Positions 1 through 10,172 are shown, counted from the first letter of the stretch. The stretch: 64,000 nt of DNA from an uncultured Candidatus Saccharibacteria bacterium (GCA_964353135.1 CAYGTV010000001.1:18696-82695); one strand, 5' to 3'. Notes: a model not told the origin generated them from the letters alone. Numbers and translations: made by a program.

Positions 1-2
1 AC

Positions 3-374
3 TGGTATACAGAAGGTCCGATCAATCTAGGTATTTCTTTTGAAAATACAGGATCAGTACACCTAAATCCCTATGGTGAACTGACGGTGACTAACATCCT
101 TGGTGAACAAGTCGGTTATGTCGAGCTTGAACCCTGGTTTGTGTTACCAAAATCACTCCGAACCCGTGAAGTGGGGTGGGACCGTGAGTTTTTGTTTGGT
201 CGCTACACGGTTGAGGCAAATATTAATCGTGGGTATGACGATGTCATTGATACCGTCAAGACATCTTTTTGGGTGATTCCGTATCAGTTCATTGCTGGGG
301 TATTTGGAGTTCTATTTATTGGTTTCCTGCTAATCAGACTATTTTTCCGGACGTTTGAATTTAAACGAAAATAA
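3..374 (+). CDS. Partial (5' truncated) DUF916/DUF3324-like (WxL-associated) membrane-anchored surface protein
   Basis: Frame is open from the window edge: WYTEGPINLGISFENTGSVHLNPYG...; C-terminal TM helix followed by basic tail FEFKRK. Confidence 0.6.
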   Translation, partial: WYTEGPINLGISFENTGSVHLNPYGELTVTNILGEQVGYVELEPWFVLPKSLRTREVGWDREFLFGRYTVEANINRGYDDVIDTVKTSFWVIPYQFIAGVFGVLFIGFLLIRLFFRTFEFKRK

Positions 375-379
375 TAGAA

Positions 380-2182
380 ATGTGGCTCTTTCGAGACATC
401 GCTTATAGTTCTTTGGTTACCATGCTAGCTATTAGTTTGGTTGGTTTCTCGGCTTCAAGTTTTGCTCAAGTACGCAGTAGTTCAAACTACCAGTTAGAAA
501 GTGACAGTATTAACGTAGGTGGTGGCTTGTCTAACTCTTCAAACTTTAGTCTAGAGAGTACCGCCGGAGAAATTGCTACTGGTAGATCAACCGGCACCAA
601 CTTTTCTTTGCAAGCTGGGTATCAGCAACTTGATTCGGTTTTCATCAGTTTGGCATTTGTGGGCGATCAGGTGTGGCAAAAGGGGGTTGAGCTGACAATT
701 GATGCGGCTAACATTGATGAAACACTTACAGATTTTCCTGTTTACGTGGATTTAGCAGATCTGGGTTCGGAATTTTGGGCTGGCGTACAGTCAGACGGGC
801 GAGACATTCGAGTTACAAGTAGTGATGGTGTTACGGAGGTGCCGTATGAAATAGTGTCAATCAATGCGGTTGGAGAAGCAGGTGAGTTGTACTTCAAAGC
901 TCCGGTGATTAGCTCTAGTACTGATAGTACATTTTTTATCTATTATGATAACGAGGAAGCTATAAGCTACCTAGAAACAGATGAGTTTGGATCTGAAAAC
1001 GTATGGACCAATAATTTTGAGGCGGTATACCACTTGTCCGAAGACCCTTCTGCCACCGCACCGCAAATGAAAGATAGTACAAGTAACAATCGAGATTTGA
1101 CCTCTGAAGGCGCAATGACCTCTGGTGATCTAGTGTCTGGGCAATTGGGTGGTGCGATTGATTTTGATGGAAGTAATGATGCGCTAAGAAATTCTACTTG
1201 GGATTGGCTAGGTAATGAAGTGACTGTAACGTATTGGAACAATATTCTTTCTGGTGAAGTGGTCGAGAGTACACCTTTTGGGTTTACAGACGTTGGTAAT
1301 GTTCGTTTGTCGGCACACTCTCCTTGGACTGATAATAATTTATATTTTGATTATGGGACTTACACAACTGGGGGTCGACTTGCAACTAGTTACGCTGCTA
1401 AACTTAATAAGTGGTCGCATATCGCTCTTTCCTCAACGGGGTCAAATAATACCTTTACTGGAATCTATTTAGACGGAGCGCTCGCTTCTTCACGATTGTC
1501 TTCAGTTAAACCCAATGTGACATTGTCTAACTTTGATTTAGGTAATGGTGATTACCGTGGCCGAATTGATGAGTTTAGAGTGTCAGGAGTTTCTAGGTCG
1601 GCTGCCTGGATTTCTGCTGAGTATATCAATCAATTCACTTCAACTGCTTTCTATGCAACTACTTCAGTAGATACAGTTACCTTCGCGGTCGGTGGTGCTA
1701 ATGTTTTTATGACTCCTGATTTACCGGGACTAACTGGAGGAACTTCAAATGGGTCAACCACGTTTATCGTCACAACAGACAGTCCGACTGGATATCAAGT
1801 CACATTGCAGGCTTCAGATGCGCCAGCCATGCAGTCTCCAACCGGATCATCAATTGGAAATTACAACAACGGTGACATAGCAGGTTTTGCTTTTACTATC
1901 CCTACAGCTTCGGCTGTATTCGGGTTTAGCCCAGAAGGAGTCGATGTTGCTGATCAATTTTTAGACGATACAGTCACCTGTGGCGTTGGTTCGACAGATA
2001 CCCCAGGAGCCTGCTGGGCTGGAGTCTCGACTACCCCAATCACAATTGTCGAAGCTACTGCACCAAACCAGCCAACTGGCGCAACAACAACAATTCAATT
2101 TCAGGTAGGGTTAGCAAGCGGTGCTAATATAGAATCAGGTGTCTATACCGCGACTACTACCTTAACAGCACTGCCATTATGA
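380..2182 (+). CDS. Secreted surface protein with DUF2341 + LamG/concanavalin-A-like module inside a WxL-like scaffold
   Basis: Signal peptide; DFPVYV..GRDIRVT..VPYEI (DUF2341-like); GAIDFDG, WSHIAL, IYLDG, GRIDEFRVS (LamG); C-terminal GVYTATTTLTA. Confidence 0.7.
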   Translation: MWLFRDIAYSSLVTMLAISLVGFSASSFAQVRSSSNYQLESDSINVGGGLSNSSNFSLESTAGEIATGRSTGTNFSLQAGYQQLDSVFISLAFVGDQVWQKGVELTIDAANIDETLTDFPVYVDLADLGSEFWAGVQSDGRDIRVTSSDGVTEVPYEIVSINAVGEAGELYFKAPVISSSTDSTFFIYYDNEEAISYLETDEFGSENVWTNNFEAVYHLSEDPSATAPQMKDSTSNNRDLTSEGAMTSGDLVSGQLGGAIDFDGSNDALRNSTWDWLGNEVTVTYWNNILSGEVVESTPFGFTDVGNVRLSAHSPWTDNNLYFDYGTYTTGGRLATSYAAKLNKWSHIALSSTGSNNTFTGIYLDGALASSRLSSVKPNVTLSNFDLGNGDYRGRIDEFRVSGVSRSAAWISAEYINQFTSTAFYATTSVDTVTFAVGGANVFMTPDLPGLTGGTSNGSTTFIVTTDSPTGYQVTLQASDAPAMQSPTGSSIGNYNNGDIAGFAFTIPTASAVFGFSPEGVDVADQFLDDTVTCGVGSTDTPGACWAGVSTTPITIVEATAPNQPTGATTTIQFQVGLASGANIESGVYTATTTLTALPL

Positions 2183-3801
2183 TCCGATTCGGGCTTTTGT
2201 TTTTTGGGTGTTTGGTCTGTGTGCCTTTTTTCGTACAAGCCCAGGCAACCGAAGACTTTACCATACGTGTATTTGGTGCAATTGATAACCAGTCACCAAG
2301 CACCACCACCATCCAGTTGATTGTGCCGGTAACCTTCTCACAAATTGACCTTTCGTGGGCTGCATCGACTGACAACTTTAATGTCTTTGGGTATGTTGTC
2401 TCTCGTGATGGTATACCAATTGCGACTACTACCTCACTTTTTTATAGTGACACCGGATTGATGGCCTCGACCACCTACAGCTACTCAGTGGTTGCGTTTG
2501 ATGGTGTACCAAACTACTCAAGTTCATCAGCTCCGGCAGCTACCACTACACCCGATATCCCGGTGGTTATACCGCCGGCATCAGCGACGTCATCAGCAGT
2601 AGAGAACGGTACAGCTGCTAGGGTGGTGCTTGATTCGCTTGTGGTTGATGCTGGTACTGTCTCTGCAAACGTAACACTCCAGACTAGACGTCCAGCGCGG
2701 ATTGAAATCAGAATTGGAGAAACGTCCTCTTATGAGATCGGGTATGTGTCTGGTGCTAGATTTGCTCGTGACCACACGATTCCGATAAGTGACCTGCGTC
2801 CAAATACTACGTATTATTACGAAGTATACGGATACACTCCGTCAGGAGCCCAAACTTTTCTGCGTCGTGGTTCGTTTACGACCATGAGTGACACACTACT
2901 TAGTCCACCAGCAAACGTTTTATATTTTTCCGCAAATGCTGAGGGTTCGGACGCGATTTTACAATGGCAGCTCCCAAATACTATGCCTGAAAACGGTCGA
3001 GTGAGAATTGTGCGTAGTCATTATGGATATCCAACGTTTATAAATGACGGGTTCGTTGTTTATGAAGGAGTTGGCCAGCAGGCTCGAGATATAGGTGTTC
3101 TTGGTCAATATAGTCGTGTGTATTATACGGCTTTTGTTATCGATCCTAACGGACGGGTTTCATCGGGTGCGATTGCTTTGGTGTCAGTACAACCAAACCA
3201 GGATTCATCAGACAGTTCAACCGGGCCGCTTGTGCAGCCTAACTTTGGAGCTGGTGAGCAGTCTGGTCAGGACGACAATAGCAGTACCACAGTTAGTGAA
3301 GTCATTAGTCTAAACATGCCCAAGGAGTCTGACATAACCATCATGCAATTAGACGATCTGTTTACAATGGCTAGTGATACGATACCGTTGAGTAGTAATG
3401 CCGTATTTACTATTGCAGTTTCTGCCGATGTGATAGAGGGTGACTTTAAAACTATCGTTGCCACACTTGCTGATCCTCGTGGTTCGCAAAAGACCTTCTC
3501 GTTCCTGCTGCGATTAAACTCTGACAAGACGAGCTATGAGGCTACAATTGCTTCAGTACAAGTGAGCGGGGTGTCTAATTTTATGGTTGAGATTTACGAC
3601 TATGATTCGCTGGTCGTGGCACGGTACATGACAGAGATCGTATTTACTGCCAGCGAAACAGTTTCCAGTTCAACACTAGAACTGTTGTGGTGGCGCATAG
3701 CAACGGCAGCTTGGTATGCAGCTCTGCTTATTCCGTTTTTGTTTTTGCTTTTGCTGTGGTTTGTGTACCGTCGCCGGGAGCAACAAGAAGTGACAAGATG
3801 A
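2179..3801 (+). CDS. Fibronectin type III domain membrane-anchored surface protein
   Basis: Signal peptide; IDLSWAASTDN..GYVVSRDG..YSYSVVAFD and LRPNTTYYYEV FN3 motifs; C-terminal TM + RRR. Confidence 0.75.
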   Translation: MIRFGLLFFGCLVCVPFFVQAQATEDFTIRVFGAIDNQSPSTTTIQLIVPVTFSQIDLSWAASTDNFNVFGYVVSRDGIPIATTTSLFYSDTGLMASTTYSYSVVAFDGVPNYSSSSAPAATTTPDIPVVIPPASATSSAVENGTAARVVLDSLVVDAGTVSANVTLQTRRPARIEIRIGETSSYEIGYVSGARFARDHTIPISDLRPNTTYYYEVYGYTPSGAQTFLRRGSFTTMSDTLLSPPANVLYFSANAEGSDAILQWQLPNTMPENGRVRIVRSHYGYPTFINDGFVVYEGVGQQARDIGVLGQYSRVYYTAFVIDPNGRVSSGAIALVSVQPNQDSSDSSTGPLVQPNFGAGEQSGQDDNSSTTVSEVISLNMPKESDITIMQLDDLFTMASDTIPLSSNAVFTIAVSADVIEGDFKTIVATLADPRGSQKTFSFLLRLNSDKTSYEATIASVQVSGVSNFMVEIYDYDSLVVARYMTEIVFTASETVSSSTLELLWWRIATAAWYAALLIPFLFLLLLWFVYRRREQQEVTR

Positions 3802-3874
3802 GGATAAAAACAGCGTGAGATTATCAATGCCTTGTATACTAGGGTCAGGTATTTAACTAATGAATTGATCATCT

Positions 3875-4903
3875 ATGAAACGTGTAGCAATTAATGGATT
3901 TGGAAGAATTGGACGAACGTTCCTACGTACGGCTTTTGGGCATAAGGATTTTGAAGTAGTAGCAATCAATGATCTAGGAAGTTTAGAAAATCTTGCCTAC
4001 CTACTTAAGTACGACTCTGTGTATGGACGGGCACCTTTTTCTGTCGAGGTAGTAGATGGAAAGCTAATGGTGCAGGGGAAAGAGATTGCGTTCACACAAG
4101 AGCGAGAACCAGAAAAACTTCCATGGGGTGCAATGAATGTAGATATCGTTGTTGAGTCAACTGGATTTTATACAACCTACGAGGGTTCAAAGAAGCACCT
4201 CACTGCTGGCGCAAAGCGAGTGGTTATTTCTGCACCAGCAAAAGATGATCCTGCTGCAGCCGGTGTACAAGGAGCAACCGTACTGATGGGGGTGAATGAC
4301 GACCAGCTTAAAACCTGTCAGATTTCTTCTAACGCATCATGTACTACAAATGCAACCAGTCCATTGATTGCGATCTTGAAAGAAGCAATTGGAATCGAGA
4401 AAGCAATTTTGAACACTGTTCACGCGTACACATCAACCCAATCTTTGGTTGATGGTCCAGGTAAAAAAGACATGCGTTCTGGACGAGCTGCAGCCCTCAA
4501 TATCATCCCTGCTAGTACCGGGGCGGCAATTGCTACAACCAAAGCTCACCCTGAACTAGACGGAAAGTTTGACGGTATCGCAATGCGGGTCCCAGTTCCG
4601 GTCGGTTCAATTGTAGACGTGACGTTTATCGCTAAGCGAGATACAACAGTAGAAGAAATCAATGCTGCTTTTACCAAAGCAGCTGCTGACCCACGATGGA
4701 AGAACATCTTTGCTGCTACCGACGAACCGATTGTATCTTCTGACATTATTGGATCACGAGTCGGTTCAATTGCTGACTTGTCATTCACTCGTGTGGTGGG
4801 TGGAAACTTGGTCAAGGTGCTTGGGTGGTATGACAACGAAACTAGCTACACACAAACGTTGGTAGAACATGTCGCTGCGTCTGCTCGACACATGCAATCA
4901 TAA
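3875..4903 (+). CDS. gap: Glyceraldehyde-3-phosphate dehydrogenase (type I)
   Basis: AINGFGRIGR, SNASCTTN catalytic motif, WYDNE. Confidence 0.98.
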   Translation: MKRVAINGFGRIGRTFLRTAFGHKDFEVVAINDLGSLENLAYLLKYDSVYGRAPFSVEVVDGKLMVQGKEIAFTQEREPEKLPWGAMNVDIVVESTGFYTTYEGSKKHLTAGAKRVVISAPAKDDPAAAGVQGATVLMGVNDDQLKTCQISSNASCTTNATSPLIAILKEAIGIEKAILNTVHAYTSTQSLVDGPGKKDMRSGRAAALNIIPASTGAAIATTKAHPELDGKFDGIAMRVPVPVGSIVDVTFIAKRDTTVEEINAAFTKAAADPRWKNIFAATDEPIVSSDIIGSRVGSIADLSFTRVVGGNLVKVLGWYDNETSYTQTLVEHVAASARHMQS

Positions 4904-5364
4904 TGAATATTCATCTCGCTACAGATCACGCTGGCTACACACACAAAAATGCGGTGGCTGATTGGTTACAATCAGAGGGGTATGTGGTAGTAGATCATGG
5001 TGCAGCCGTGTATGACGGAGAAGATGATTATCCCGACTTTATTGCGCGAGCCGCAATGGCTATTTCCAGAAATCCAAATGATCGGGCGATAATTTTCGGT
5101 GGTTCTGGGCAAGGAGAGGCGATGCTGGCCAATCGCTTTCCCGCTGTGCGGGCGACTGTGCTGTACAGTGATGATGCAGAAATTGTTGAACTGAGTAGGG
5201 CACATAACGATGCTAATGTGCTATCGATTGGAGCGCGGTTTCTTTCGGTTGACGCTACCAAAAAGCATATTTGGAACTGGCTGCACTCAGAGCGATCAAA
5301 CGTAGAGCGACACAATCGCCGGATAGAAAAAGTGGCAGCTATCACTAAGAACATTCACACATGA
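4903..5364 (+). CDS. rpiB: Ribose-5-phosphate isomerase B
   Basis: ATDHAG, DDYPD, GGSGQGE, HNDANVL, RHNRR. Confidence 0.95.
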   Translation: MNIHLATDHAGYTHKNAVADWLQSEGYVVVDHGAAVYDGEDDYPDFIARAAMAISRNPNDRAIIFGGSGQGEAMLANRFPAVRATVLYSDDAEIVELSRAHNDANVLSIGARFLSVDATKKHIWNWLHSERSNVERHNRRIEKVAAITKNIHT

Positions 5365-6008
5365 TTTCTATCGTTCCAGCAATCATTCCAACCTCGAAAG
5401 AAAATCTTTTAGAAGGTTTTGAGAAAGTAGCTTTTTCACCTGAAGTGCACGTTGATGTTATAGATGGAAAGTTTACCCCATCGTCGTCTTGGCCGTGTAA
5501 CCCAACCGGCGATCCGGTTTCAGTAAAAGATGCGGCCGATACGTTTACGCTTGAGGTTGATCTCATGATTGAAAATCCACTACTAGCAGCAGTTGATTGG
5601 GTGACTGCTGGGGCTGATATGCTTGTCTTCCATGTTGAGACGATTGGACTAGAGAATTTTAAAAACTTTGCTGAGTATACTCACATCACACTCAGTATTG
5701 CTTGTCACGGTAATACCCCGATCGACACGTTGCTTACATATGCAGAGTACGCTGACGGGGTGCAGCTGATGGGTATAAAACAAATCGGATCTCAGGGTCA
5801 GCCTTTTAACAAGGATGTGCTGGAACAAATTGCGGCTGTTAAAAAAGCGTATCCAAATAAGCCCGTTACAGTTGACGGTAGTGTTAATCCTGAGACGGTC
5901 AAACAGATCGTTGAAGCAGGAGCTGACCGTGTAATCGTTGGTTCTGCTATCATCTTGCAAGATGATCCGTACCTCGCCTACGAAGAACTGTGTGGACTTA
6001 TTAAATAA
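5361..6008 (+). CDS. rpe: Ribulose-phosphate 3-epimerase (divergent)
   Basis: IVPAI, HVDVIDG, GSQGQ, VDGSV, GAD.VIVGSAI; pentose-phosphate operon context. Confidence 0.88.
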   Translation: MISIVPAIIPTSKENLLEGFEKVAFSPEVHVDVIDGKFTPSSSWPCNPTGDPVSVKDAADTFTLEVDLMIENPLLAAVDWVTAGADMLVFHVETIGLENFKNFAEYTHITLSIACHGNTPIDTLLTYAEYADGVQLMGIKQIGSQGQPFNKDVLEQIAAVKKAYPNKPVTVDGSVNPETVKQIVEAGADRVIVGSAIILQDDPYLAYEELCGLIK

Positions 6009-6052
6009 TTAGCCTTGGTGGTCGGCCAGACCCTTTGTATACTATAGTCACT

Positions 6053-6949
6053 ATGCAGTACCTCTCATCAGACCAAATTACTACCCTTGAAAAGCAGGCG
6101 AACGAGATTCGCCAGAGTATTATTGAAATGCTCACTGAAGCAGGTAGTGGTCATACAGCTGGCCCTCTAGGTATGGCTGATGTGTTTACCCTGCTTTATT
6201 TTGCCCTCTTGAAACATGATCCCAAAAACCCCGACTGGGAAGATCGAGATCGACTAATCCTGTCTAACGGACATATCTGTCCAGTTCTGTATGCCACAAT
6301 GGCTCACGCCGGGTATTTCCCAGTTGAAGAACTACTGACACTTCGTAAATTTGGTTCTAGGTTGCAAGGCCATCCTCATCGTGAATCACTCCCGGGGCTA
6401 GAAAATAGTTCAGGACCACTAGGTTCCGGACTGTCTCAAGCGGTTGGAATGGCAATCGCTGATCGGATGGACAATCCGTATACCAGTAAATTTGTCTACT
6501 GCTTGACTGGTGATGGTGAACTACAAGAGGGTCAGATTTGGGAAGCTGCCATGCTGGCTGGAAAAGAAAAACTACACAACCTGATTGTGATTGTTGATCG
6601 CAACGGATTCCAAATCGACGGCTACACTCAAGACGTCATGCCAATGGAACCACTGGCTGAAAAGTGGGAGAGCTTTGGGTTCGATGTGCAAGAAGTCGAC
6701 GGTCATAGTATGCGAGCACTGAACGACGCTATTGGGAAAGCTCAAGCAGTTTACAGTCAGCCTTCAGTTATTATTGCTCACACAATCGGTGGTAAAGGGG
6801 TGGACGTGTTTGAGCGTGATTTCAGATGGCACGGTAATCCTCCAGGCAAAGGGCCAGAAGATCGAGTGCCGAAAAGCGAACAATCAAAGGTCGCGCTGGA
6901 GAAACTCCGGACGTTGGCTGGAACTATTGATAAAGATAATCACGCATAG
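6053..6949 (+). CDS. tktA: Transketolase, N-terminal (TPP-binding) subunit
   Basis: GSGH, DRDRLILSNGH, LQGHP, GDGELQEG TPP motif; ATG at 6053 preferred. Confidence 0.95.
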   Translation: MQYLSSDQITTLEKQANEIRQSIIEMLTEAGSGHTAGPLGMADVFTLLYFALLKHDPKNPDWEDRDRLILSNGHICPVLYATMAHAGYFPVEELLTLRKFGSRLQGHPHRESLPGLENSSGPLGSGLSQAVGMAIADRMDNPYTSKFVYCLTGDGELQEGQIWEAAMLAGKEKLHNLIVIVDRNGFQIDGYTQDVMPMEPLAEKWESFGFDVQEVDGHSMRALNDAIGKAQAVYSQPSVIIAHTIGGKGVDVFERDFRWHGNPPGKGPEDRVPKSEQSKVALEKLRTLAGTIDKDNHA

Positions 6950-6952
6950 CCT

Positions 6953-7942
6953 ATGTTTACAGACAATATTTCAGACGCAGTCAAAAACGGAGGGGAAGTC
7001 GAGAGTGTTGCGACTCGAAACGGCTTTGGTGAAGGTTTGCTAGAGGCCGGGAAGCGAGACACAAACGTTGTAGCTCTTTGCTGCGACCTGACCGAGTCAA
7101 CCAAAACTCATTTGTTTGCTGAGGAGTTTCCAGAACGGTTTGTCCAAATTGGAGTAGCCGAGCAGAACCTAGCGTCAGTTGGCTCAGGTATGGCGGCAAT
7201 GGGCAAGATCCCTTTTATCACATCATACGCAATGTTTTCCCCGGGACGTAACTGGGAGCAAATTCGGACGACAATTGCATATAACAATGTGAACGTGAAA
7301 ATTGTCGGTTCACACGCCGGAGTGTCAGTGGGTCCAGACGGAGCTACTCACCAAGCGATCGAAGATATGGCAATCATGCGAGCAATCCCAAACATGGTAG
7401 TAATCGCACCGGCAGATGTTCATGAGGCACGTAAGGTTACTCTGGCAGCTGCTCAGTATGAGGGGCCAGTCTACTTCCGTTTAGGGCGATCTGGAACACC
7501 GGTGGTTACCACCGAAGAAACACCATTTGAAATTGGGAAAGCTCAACTCATGTTCACTCGTGACGAGTCACTGGAGAAAAAAGTGGGGATCGTTTCGACT
7601 GGGTCACTTTTATACAACTCATTGATGGCAGCCCACGAACTACAGACTGCTGGAATTGGAGCATCAGTGCTGCACATGGCGACCATTAAACCACTAGACA
7701 CCGAAGCACTAGCGGCCTTTGCAGCCGAGCACAACGCGATTGTGACCGTAGAAGAACACCAGATCAACGGTGGACTAGGAAGTGCAGTGGCTGAATTTCT
7801 GTCAGAAACCAACCCAACCAAAATGGCCCGCATCGGTATCCAAGACCAGTTTGGTCAGTCAGGTGAACCAGACGAGCTAATTGCACATTATGGGATGGAT
7901 GTCCCAAGTATCGTCGCAGCAGCAAAGAAACTGGTAGTGTAA
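6953..7942 (+). CDS. tktB: Transketolase, C-terminal subunit
   Basis: GVAEQN, GPDGATHQ, GPVYFRL, TIKPLD, VEEHQ..GGLGS. Confidence 0.95.
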   Translation: MFTDNISDAVKNGGEVESVATRNGFGEGLLEAGKRDTNVVALCCDLTESTKTHLFAEEFPERFVQIGVAEQNLASVGSGMAAMGKIPFITSYAMFSPGRNWEQIRTTIAYNNVNVKIVGSHAGVSVGPDGATHQAIEDMAIMRAIPNMVVIAPADVHEARKVTLAAAQYEGPVYFRLGRSGTPVVTTEETPFEIGKAQLMFTRDESLEKKVGIVSTGSLLYNSLMAAHELQTAGIGASVLHMATIKPLDTEALAAFAAEHNAIVTVEEHQINGGLGSAVAEFLSETNPTKMARIGIQDQFGQSGEPDELIAHYGMDVPSIVAAAKKLVV

Positions 7943-7966
7943 AAGAAAACGCCCCTCTAAGGAGCG
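7941..7966 (-). terminator. Intrinsic terminator (minus strand)
   Basis: Minus strand CGCTCCT-TAG-AGGGGCG followed by TTTTCTTTT. Confidence 0.6.
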
Positions 7967-8183
7967 CTCAAGCCAGCAAGAACAGTTATAGTAGGTGGTA
8001 ACGCTCACCGCTAAGCGAAGGATTTTTTCACGTTTGATTCCAGTGAAAAATTGCTTACAAAAACCCCTGGACATATCTGGTCGGCATCGCGGACCCGGAC
8101 TTCGTAAACTCGCACGGCTCTCATCCATATTGCGCTGGTCACAATACTTCTAAGAACGGAGCGAATTAACTAAACAGTATCAC

Positions 8184-8215
8184 AAAACAAAACCACCGAA
8201 AGGTGGATTTGTTTT
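8184..8215. terminator. Hairpin terminator downstream of pfkB-family gene
   Basis: AAAACAAAACCACC-GAAA-GGTGGATTTGTTTT. Confidence 0.65.
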
Positions 8216-8233
8216 TACTTGTCCCTAGTCTAG

Positions 8234-9235
8234 TTAAACTTTACTCGGCATATAGTCGTCTGGTCGGTTATCTAGGTGTTTCATCAGCTCCTCTAGTGGT
8301 AGTAGTCCAGCTTGTGCACCAACATGTTGCACCACGTTCATAGAGTTAATTGGACCCCATGAGAGTGCTTCGGCTGGGTCTTTCCCTAGGATAATGGCAG
8401 AAGTAAAGGTTGACGAGAACGCGTCACCAGCACCAGTCCGGTCAACTGGAGCAGCTGGATCCGGGTACATTGGCATATGCCACGCTTGGTCATCAGCATC
8501 CACGGTAAACGCTCCATTTGGTCCGTCGGTTACTACCGGAATAGTTGGTCCTAATTCTCGCATCATTCGTACTAACGTCGGTGTGTCTTGTTCGGTGGTC
8601 TTGAGAATTTCCTGAGCCTCTTCTTTGTTGCAGAAAAAAATCTCGGTGTTTTGATACACATCAGCCAACGCTTCGTGACCTAATTTGATTTGGAAGGTCC
8701 CTGGCTGAAAGGCTAGCTTGGTTTCATTACTTTTTACATACTGCGCGATCTCGTGGTGATAGTCGATCCCATGTTCACCAACCGATGAGAAGTAAAAGAA
8801 TTTAGGTGGCACTGGGAAGTCCGGCAGCGCATACGGGTACGTTTCGTGGTTAATAAGAATGGTTCGCTCTGGTCCGTATCGTAGTACGTAGTGATAGTTA
8901 GTTTTCTTATCTTCATGGATTTTTACAAAATCAGTGTGGATACCTTCATCCCTGAGCGCTTGGAGACATTCCTTACCAAATTTATCGTTACCGATGTGGG
9001 TGACCAGTCCCGTTTCTAGACCGAGTCGGTGGGCTGAACAAGCCGCGTTTGGACTGTTTCCAACTGCTGGTACCACTACTACGTCGTCATAGGGTAGTTT
9101 GCTACCAAATGGCATCTGCAGAGTCTTACGGCCTGTGTCTTGGTCAATCGACACGTCAGCTTGGTCAATATTAAGTTGAATAAATGCATCAATGAGTATG
9201 TCGCCGATAGCGACGAAATCGTATTGTTGTGACAT
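8234..9235 (-). CDS. PfkB/ribokinase-family carbohydrate kinase
   Basis: VAIGD, GNSPNAA, NKEEA, VTDGPNGA, VDRTGAGDAF signature; start MSQQY at 9235. Confidence 0.92.
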   Translation of the reverse strand: MSQQYDFVAIGDILIDAFIQLNIDQADVSIDQDTGRKTLQMPFGSKLPYDDVVVVPAVGNSPNAACSAHRLGLETGLVTHIGNDKFGKECLQALRDEGIHTDFVKIHEDKKTNYHYVLRYGPERTILINHETYPYALPDFPVPPKFFYFSSVGEHGIDYHHEIAQYVKSNETKLAFQPGTFQIKLGHEALADVYQNTEIFFCNKEEAQEILKTTEQDTPTLVRMMRELGPTIPVVTDGPNGAFTVDADDQAWHMPMYPDPAAPVDRTGAGDAFSSTFTSAIILGKDPAEALSWGPINSMNVVQHVGAQAGLLPLEELMKHLDNRPDDYMPSKV

Positions 9236-9303
9236 ATGTCCATATTGTAACAGCCGCCGGGTTTGGTTTGGTATGATGTATACATATAAAGTAAACAATC
9301 ACT

Positions 9304-10170
9304 ATGAAGTCACTACGGGAAGTCATCGCAGACGCAGAAGCACAAAAAGTAGCAGTTGGACACTTTAATGTGTCTGACTCTAGTCAGTTATGGGGAATAT
9401 TTAACGCTGCCCGAGCGCTCGATCTGCCAGTAGTGATCGGAGCCTCAGAAGGTGAGCGCGATTTCATCGGGGTGCGAGCATTGGTCGCAATGGTGAAAGC
9501 AATCCGAGAAGAGTTTGATTATCCAATCTACACCAACGCCGACCACACGTATTCATTTGATCGCGTGAAAGAAGCGATTGATGCTGGGTTTGATGCAGTT
9601 ATCTATGACGGAAACAAAGTGTCTCACGAAGAAAACCTCGAGATCACCAAACAGTGTGTCGAATATGCCCGCGCCCAAGACCGAGACGTTTTAGTTGAAG
9701 CAGAACTAGGGAATATCGGTATGTCTTCAAAGTTACTGGATGGAATCCCAGAAGGCGCCGAGATCACCGATGACATGCTGACACTGCCAGAAGAGCTAGC
9801 TGAATTTGTAGCGCACACCGGGGTTGATCTGATTGCACCAGCGGTAGGGAACCTGCACGGTATGATGAAGCATGGTAATAATCCTCGACTCAACATCGAG
9901 CGAATCGCACAGTTGCGCGCGGCTGGTGGAGTACCAATGGTGCTGCACGGCGGATCAGGGATCACTGATGAAGATTTTGTATCAGCAATCCAAGCTGGAA
10001 TTGGAATGGTGCACATCAACACCGAAATCAGAAAAGCGTACCGAGACGGTATTGCAGCATATATTGCAGAGAATCCTGACGAGATCGCTCCGTACCGTTA
10101 CATCCAAGCCGGTCGTGATGCACTGCAAGCGGTAGTAGATGGTCGTATGCGATTGTTTAATAGCAAGTAG
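9304..10170 (+). CDS. fba: Class II fructose-bisphosphate aldolase
   Basis: AVGHFN, ADH, VEAELG, AVGNLHG, VLHGGSG, INTE. Confidence 0.95.
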   Translation: MKSLREVIADAEAQKVAVGHFNVSDSSQLWGIFNAARALDLPVVIGASEGERDFIGVRALVAMVKAIREEFDYPIYTNADHTYSFDRVKEAIDAGFDAVIYDGNKVSHEENLEITKQCVEYARAQDRDVLVEAELGNIGMSSKLLDGIPEGAEITDDMLTLPEELAEFVAHTGVDLIAPAVGNLHGMMKHGNNPRLNIERIAQLRAAGGVPMVLHGGSGITDEDFVSAIQAGIGMVHINTEIRKAYRDGIAAYIAENPDEIAPYRYIQAGRDALQAVVDGRMRLFNSK

Positions 10171-10172
10171 CA

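Noticed and set aside
7877-8128. 83-aa minus-strand ORF
   Set aside because: Runs through a minus-strand terminator and into the transketolase gene; composition is not protein-like
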